Source of the DNA: Armatimonadota bacterium
GTDB lineage: Bacteria; Sysuimicrobiota; Sysuimicrobiia; Sysuimicrobiales; Humicultoraceae
Assembly: GCA_016198805.1 (NCBI GenBank)
Contig: JACQHU010000200.1
Span: forward strand, 1 to 20,837
DNA length: 20,837 nucleotides
Direction of reading: 5' to 3'
Under the pieces are notes generated by a model that searched no databases, was not told the origin of the DNA, and saw nothing but the letters and a program-made list of their open reading frames with translations. This document shows positions 17,157 to 20,837 of this stretch, in pieces. A program made the translations under genes and the position numbers. Positions within the stretch are counted from its first letter, which is position 1, and each line of letters begins with the position of its first letter.

Positions 17157-17323
17157 GCATAGAACAAGGCAGCGGCGGGTATGCGTTCATCTGCAGTTTC
17201 TTTGCGCGTGCCTTTGAAGGGATGACAGGCGCCATCTTTCGTGAAACCCGCGGGATCGGCACAGGCAGGTCGGCAAGGGCTGCGGGACGAAGGGTCGGCC
17301 GAAGCCGGCCAGGGAGGGAACGG

Positions 17324-17749
17324 ATGCGGGGAGTGTTGACGAGTCTCCTCGTGATGGCAGCAGCGCTCACGTTCACGGCCGCCCTCCCGGCGCAGACGAC
17401 GCCGCGCAGGGTGATCGAGGTCACGCTGTCTGAGTACAAGTATGAGCCCAACCAGATCCGGTTCCACGAAGGCGAGTCGGTGGTCCTGAAACTCAAGAAC
17501 ATCGGCCCGCGCCTCGCGCACAACATGTCGAGCCGGTACTGGCTCGACATCCCTCTGACGATCCGCGGGGACGCCCGCCAGGGCATCAGCGAGGATCGGA
17601 AGTGGGTGGCTCTTGACGTCGGCAGGGAGGTGGAGGTGGAGTTCATCGCAAAGGGGCGCGGCTCGTACGCCGTCATCTGTAGCATCTTCGATCATGCGGT
17701 CCAGGGCCATACGGGCGCGTTCTTCGTCCTGCCGCCCGCGTCACCCTAG
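17324..17749 (+). CDS. Secreted cupredoxin-like (type-1 copper-type) domain protein
   Basis: A signal peptide MRGVLTSLLVMAAALTFTAALPAQT is followed by a beta-rich domain. Candidate Cu ligands are H (RLAHNM), C (VICSIF) and H (FDHAVQGH). The ATG at 17324 has GGGAGGG 5-6 nt upstream. Confidence 0.72.
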   Translation: MRGVLTSLLVMAAALTFTAALPAQTTPRRVIEVTLSEYKYEPNQIRFHEGESVVLKLKNIGPRLAHNMSSRYWLDIPLTIRGDARQGISEDRKWVALDVGREVEVEFIAKGRGSYAVICSIFDHAVQGHTGAFFVLPPASP

Positions 17750-17794
17750 CGGCCTGCCAGACGGCGGAAGAGAGGGGCCGGTTGAACGTCGCGA

Positions 17795-17815
17795 GGGCGG
17801 CCTGGCAGGCCGCCC
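17795..17815. terminator. GC-rich hairpin between convergent genes (8-bp stem GGGCGGCC / GGCCGCCC, 5-nt loop). No U-tract follows.
   Basis: The sequence gggcggcc-tggca-ggccgccc lies between the cupredoxin stop (17749) and the minus-strand gene stop (17843). An alternative outer pairing is ggcctgccag 17751-17760 with ctggcaggcc 17800-17809. Confidence 0.4.
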
Positions 17816-17842
17816 TCGCCACTGCTGTTCGCCGAAGTCTCC

Positions 17843-18229
17843 TTACCCGCCGAGGTCACGGGCGAAGATGATCCGGAACGGGCGGTCGCGGCTCGCCCGT
17901 CCGCTGCAGAGCGACCGCTTGCCCAGCATGATCTCAAACTGCAGACCCCGGATCTGGGCGAGGACCCTGAAGATTGCTTCCGAGGCGAACTTTGCTTCCA
18001 CCTCCAGAAGTTCGCGAGTGAACGCCGACGAGTTGGCCGGTTTGTAGGTGGCGGATTCCCACACCATCTCGATGGTGCGGCCGTCCTCGATGACCCGGCT
18101 GGACCGCACCAGGCCCCTGCCCAGGATGTTCTCGGCCAGGTTCTTCGCGATCCCGGCGGTGTCGTCGGCGGCGGCCGGCAGCGGCCAGAGCGCCAAGAGG
18201 GCCAGTGCGGCGACGACTCCCCATCGCAT
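17843..18229 (-). CDS. Small secreted hypothetical protein (about 128 aa)
   Basis: The internal ATG (MRWGVVAALALLALWPLPAAADD) gives a clean signal peptide. The mature part is rich in K/E/I/F, unlike the GC-artefact ORFs around it. No clear SD is present. The track ORF starts further upstream at a GTG. Coordinates are ±1: my hand reading of 18170-18260 shows a compensated 1-nt discrepancy against the track. Confidence 0.5.
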   Translation of the reverse strand: MRWGVVAALALLALWPLPAAADDTAGIAKNLAENILGRGLVRSSRVIEDGRTIEMVWESATYKPANSSAFTRELLEVEAKFASEAIFRVLAQIRGLQFEIMLGKRSLCSGRASRDRPFRIIFARDLGG

Positions 18230-18350
18230 GCGGGCTGCTTCGCGGCCCCCCCCACCCTCCTCCTCCCCGGCGGCGAAGAAGGGAACCCCGGAGGGGCGCC
18301 GTAGTGTTCTGGCGATTGTTCTTGTGGATGTTCCGGGAGGGGGGAGTTCG

Positions 18351-19952
18351 GTGAGCAGACAGGTGGTACGCGTCTTCCTCGTGCTCGTCCTGGTCGGCGG
18401 GCTGTTCACGCTGCCGTACGCGCCGGCCACCGCTCAGGCCGTGCCCCGGCAGTTACGCATCGCGGTCGGCATCGACGCAGACACGCTCGATCCGGCCGGG
18501 ACGACCACGACGACCGTCGGCAACATGATCAACTACTTCTACGAGACGCTGGTGGGCTACGACACCGCCAAGAGCGAGATCGTGCCCAGCCTGGCAACCC
18601 GCTGGCAGGTCTCACGCGACGGCCTGACGTACACGTTCACCCTTCGGCGCGGCGTGGCATTTCACGACGGGACGCCGATGAACGCCGCTGCGGTTAAGTT
18701 CACCCTCGAGCGGCTGCTCGATCCCAAGGTCCGGGTGGCATTGAGAGGCCTCTACACTCCCATGAAGACCATCGAGGCTGTCGGCGAGGACACGGTGCGG
18801 ATCACGCTGAGCCAGCCGTCGCCGGGATTCCTGGCCAACCTGACGATCGACACGGCGCAGATCGTCTCCCCGGCCGCGGTCGCCCGCGCCGGCGATCGCT
18901 TTACAGTCGCGCCGATCGGCGCCGGGACGGGCCCATACATCTTCAAGGAATGGCGGCGGGGCGATTCGATCCTGGTCGAGCGGAACCCCAACTACTGGGG
19001 GAAGAAGCCGGTGTTCGAGGAGGTCGTCTTCCGCGTGGTCCCGGATGCGGGGACCCGCCTGACGCAGTTGCTGGCGGGCGACGTGCACATGGCGATGCTC
19101 CCGCCGGCGCCCGACGTCAAGGGGCTGCGCAAGAATCCGCGCGTGAACGTCATCGAGGCGCCGAGTATCCGCGTGATCTTCCTCCTCATGAACAATCGGT
19201 GGGGCCCGTTCAAAGACGCGCGGGTGCGCCAGGCGATGAACTACGCCATCAATAAGAAGGCCATCCTGGCCAGCATCCTGTTCGACCTGGGCACCGTCGT
19301 GGATTCGCCGTGCGTGCCGGCGCAGTTTGGCTACCACAAGGTCCAGGAGGGTGGATACCCGTTCAACCCCATTAAGGCCAAGCAGTTGCTGGCTGAGGCC
19401 GGGTACAAGGACGGCTTCGAGTTCGACTTCTTCGCGCCCACCGGCCGGTATATTCAGGACTTCCAGTTCGCGCAGGCGGTCGCCGCCCAATTGCGGAACG
19501 TCAACATCAGGGCCAATGTGAGCACCATGGACTGGCCGTCGTACGTCGGCATGCTGGTGACGCCGTTTGAGCGGACCCGTGTGCAGATGGTCGTGCTGGG
19601 ATGGGCGTGGCCCGTCCTCGACTGCGAGGGCATCCTCTTCGGGCAGTTCCACTCCTCCCAGCACCCTCCGGGTGGCCTGGCGCCCTCGTACTACAAGAAT
19701 GAGCGGGTCGACGAGCTGATCAACAAGGCCCGGTCTGAGCCGGACGCTAACAAGCGCAAGGATCTCTTCAAGGAAGCCCAGACGACTGTCTGGAACGAAG
19801 CGCCGTGGGTCTTCCTGTGGAGCCAGAAGTGGTACGTGGCGACGGTCAAGAATCTGGAAGGGGTCGTGATCAACCCCATTGAGAAGTGGGATGCGCTGTG
19901 CGAACCGGGGACCGGCCCGCGGCGAACGCCGCACTGCATGACCTGGAAGTGA
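18351..19952 (+). CDS. ABC transporter substrate-binding protein, family 5 (DppA/OppA/NikA-like)
   Basis: A signal peptide VSRQVVRVFLVLVLVGGLFTLPYAPATAQA is followed by RIAVGIDADTLDP, YFYETLVGYD, NPNYWGK and WSQKWYVA, typical of SBP_bac_5. The start is taken as the GTG at 18351, preceded by GGGAGGGGGGA. The track ORF extends 5' to 18048 over the antisense of the neighbouring gene. Confidence 0.88.
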   Translation: MSRQVVRVFLVLVLVGGLFTLPYAPATAQAVPRQLRIAVGIDADTLDPAGTTTTTVGNMINYFYETLVGYDTAKSEIVPSLATRWQVSRDGLTYTFTLRRGVAFHDGTPMNAAAVKFTLERLLDPKVRVALRGLYTPMKTIEAVGEDTVRITLSQPSPGFLANLTIDTAQIVSPAAVARAGDRFTVAPIGAGTGPYIFKEWRRGDSILVERNPNYWGKKPVFEEVVFRVVPDAGTRLTQLLAGDVHMAMLPPAPDVKGLRKNPRVNVIEAPSIRVIFLLMNNRWGPFKDARVRQAMNYAINKKAILASILFDLGTVVDSPCVPAQFGYHKVQEGGYPFNPIKAKQLLAEAGYKDGFEFDFFAPTGRYIQDFQFAQAVAAQLRNVNIRANVSTMDWPSYVGMLVTPFERTRVQMVVLGWAWPVLDCEGILFGQFHSSQHPPGGLAPSYYKNERVDELINKARSEPDANKRKDLFKEAQTTVWNEAPWVFLWSQKWYVATVKNLEGVVINPIEKWDALCEPGTGPRRTPHCMTWK

Positions 19953-19959
19953 GCCACCA

Positions 19960-19991
19960 GGGGCGCGCGGCCGCTGGCAGCCGCGCGCCCC
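19960..19991 (+). terminator. Strong inter-cistronic stem-loop (12-bp perfect GC stem GGGGCGCGCGGC / GCCGCGCGCCCC, 8-nt loop). It is a likely mRNA stabiliser or attenuator between the SBP and permease genes.
   Basis: It starts 8 nt after the SBP TGA (19950-19952) and lies 44 nt before the permease ATG (20035). No U-run follows, so read-through into the permease gene is expected. Confidence 0.5.
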
Positions 19992-20034
19992 ACGCCCGTC
20001 TGCTGGTCCACGCCAGCCTGTCCATAGTCCGCTG

Positions 20035-20837
20035 ATGACCTCATCCCTCGGCCTCTACATCCTCCGCCGCCTCGGGCTGGCGATCCCGACGCTGCTCGGC
20101 GTCACCGTGGTCATCTTCATGCTCGTGCGGCTGATTCCGGGCGACCCGGCCCGGGTCATCGCCGGGCTGCTGGCCAGCGAGGAAGAGGTCCAGCGGCTGC
20201 GCGTAGAGTTGGGCCTGAACCGCCCGATCCACGTGCAGTACGGGATATTCCTCAACCGCCTGGTTCGGGGGGACCTGGGGCTCTCAGCAGCCACGCGCGC
20301 CCCGGTCACTGAGGAGATCGCGATCCGCCTGCGGGCCACCGTGCAGCTGGCGATCTCCAGCATCGTCCTGGCGACGATTGTGGGGCTGAGCGCCGGGATC
20401 ATCTCCGCCACCCGGCAGTACTCCGCGCTGGACTACGCCGTCATGACCGTGGCGCTGTTCGGCGTCTCCATTCCGGTGTTCTGGCTGGGGATCATGCTCA
20501 TGTTGCTCTTCTCGGTCGCGCTCCACTGGCTGCCGGCCGGCGGGTACGGAACGCCCAGGCACCTGATCCTCCCGTCGGTGGCCCTGGCTGCTTTCTCGGT
20601 CGCCATCATCGCGCGCATGACGCGCAGCAGCCTGCTGGAGGTCTTCAACCAGGATTACGTGCGCACCGCCCGCGCCAAAGGCCTCCACCACCGGGTGGTC
20701 GTGCTGCGCCACGCGTTGAAGAATGCCCTGATCCCGGTCCTCACCGTGGTCGGGCTGCAGTTCGGGGCGCTGCTGGGCGGCGCCATCCTGACCGAGACCA
20801 CCTTCGCCTGGCCCGGACTGGGGCGGCTGTTGGTGAA
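20035..20837 (+). CDS. ABC transporter permease, DppB/OppB-like (3' end outside the window)
   Basis: Hand translation gives MTSSLGLYILRRLGLAIPTLLGVTVVIFMLVRLIPGDP ... IARMTRSSLLEVFNQDYVRTARAKGL ... LTETTFAWPGLGRLL. This is near-identical in motif layout to DppB. It is absent from the track because it has no in-window stop. Confidence 0.9.
   Translation, partial: MTSSLGLYILRRLGLAIPTLLGVTVVIFMLVRLIPGDPARVIAGLLASEEEVQRLRVELGLNRPIHVQYGIFLNRLVRGDLGLSAATRAPVTEEIAIRLRATVQLAISSIVLATIVGLSAGIISATRQYSALDYAVMTVALFGVSIPVFWLGIMLMLLFSVALHWLPAGGYGTPRHLILPSVALAAFSVAIIARMTRSSLLEVFNQDYVRTARAKGLHHRVVVLRHALKNALIPVLTVVGLQFGALLGGAILTETTFAWPGLGRLLV

Noticed and set aside
17059-17685. 208-aa minus-strand ORF ending ...PPWAGPRNRDGQRRV
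   Set aside because: It is mostly antisense to the cupredoxin gene. Its last residues share the frame of the fRMsr C-terminal fragment and contain a WAG tripeptide. That is too little to claim as the fRMsr N-terminus, so it is noted only under the pseudogene finding.
18170-18260. Apparent compensated ±1 frame difference between my hand translation of the printed bases and the supplied ORF-track translations. One base seems missing near 18181 and one extra C appears in the C-run near 18245-18253.
   Set aside because: This is most likely my own misreading of long homopolymer runs. I treated the track as authoritative and marked coordinates there as ±1 rather than calling a frameshift.
18048-18350. 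5' extension of the SBP ORF
   Set aside because: The signal peptide and an RBS define the start at 18351. The extension is antisense to the small secreted protein gene.
18612-19934. 440-aa minus-strand ORF
   Set aside because: It is antisense to the SBP gene.
1-20837. Search for tRNA/rRNA, CRISPR repeats, transposase/integrase genes and IS inverted repeats
   Set aside because: None was recognised. No repeat-spacer periodicity, no transposase/integrase motifs and no tRNA-like cloverleaf segments were seen by eye.

Overview
This is a high-GC (about 70%), densely coding bacterial chromosomal window with no rRNA, tRNA, CRISPR or mobile-element signatures. The ORF track accepts GTG/TTG starts and reports the longest ORF. 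I re-derived starts by hand where a conserved N-terminus or an RBS allowed it.

Minus strand, 5863 down to 1: a co-directional gene string. It runs CoA-type Nudix hydrolase, MDP-1-like HAD phosphatase, YdjM/DUF457-like membrane protein and group-I cysteine desulfurase (IscS/NifS type). It ends in the start of a 14-subunit-type NADH:quinone oxidoreductase operon, nuoA-B-C-D and the first about 53 codons of nuoE.

Plus strand from 6024: an unusual roughly 500-aa tandem two-domain ThyX-like protein, then a prohibitin/SPFH protein.

Minus strand, 11957 down to 8497: a compact carbamoyltransferase (NodU/CmcH family), cupin and threonine-synthase-like (Zn-ribbon N-terminus) cassette.

Plus strand, 12114 to 16730: a 917-aa class-III nucleotide-cyclase-domain, NB-ARC/STAND P-loop ATPase and TPR protein with no recognisable HTH. 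It is translationally coupled (ATGA) to an uncharacterised 303-aa protein and followed by a FAH-family hydrolase. I consider this the most interesting candidate signalling module in the window.

The remainder: a disrupted free-Met-R-sulfoxide reductase (GAF) gene, a secreted cupredoxin-like protein and a small secreted hypothetical. A peptide/nickel-type ABC transporter follows, with its substrate-binding protein, a strong inter-cistronic hairpin and a partial DppB-like permease.

Five gene junctions use 4-nt ATGA/GTGA stop-start overlaps. Many long antisense ORFs are GC-driven artefacts.
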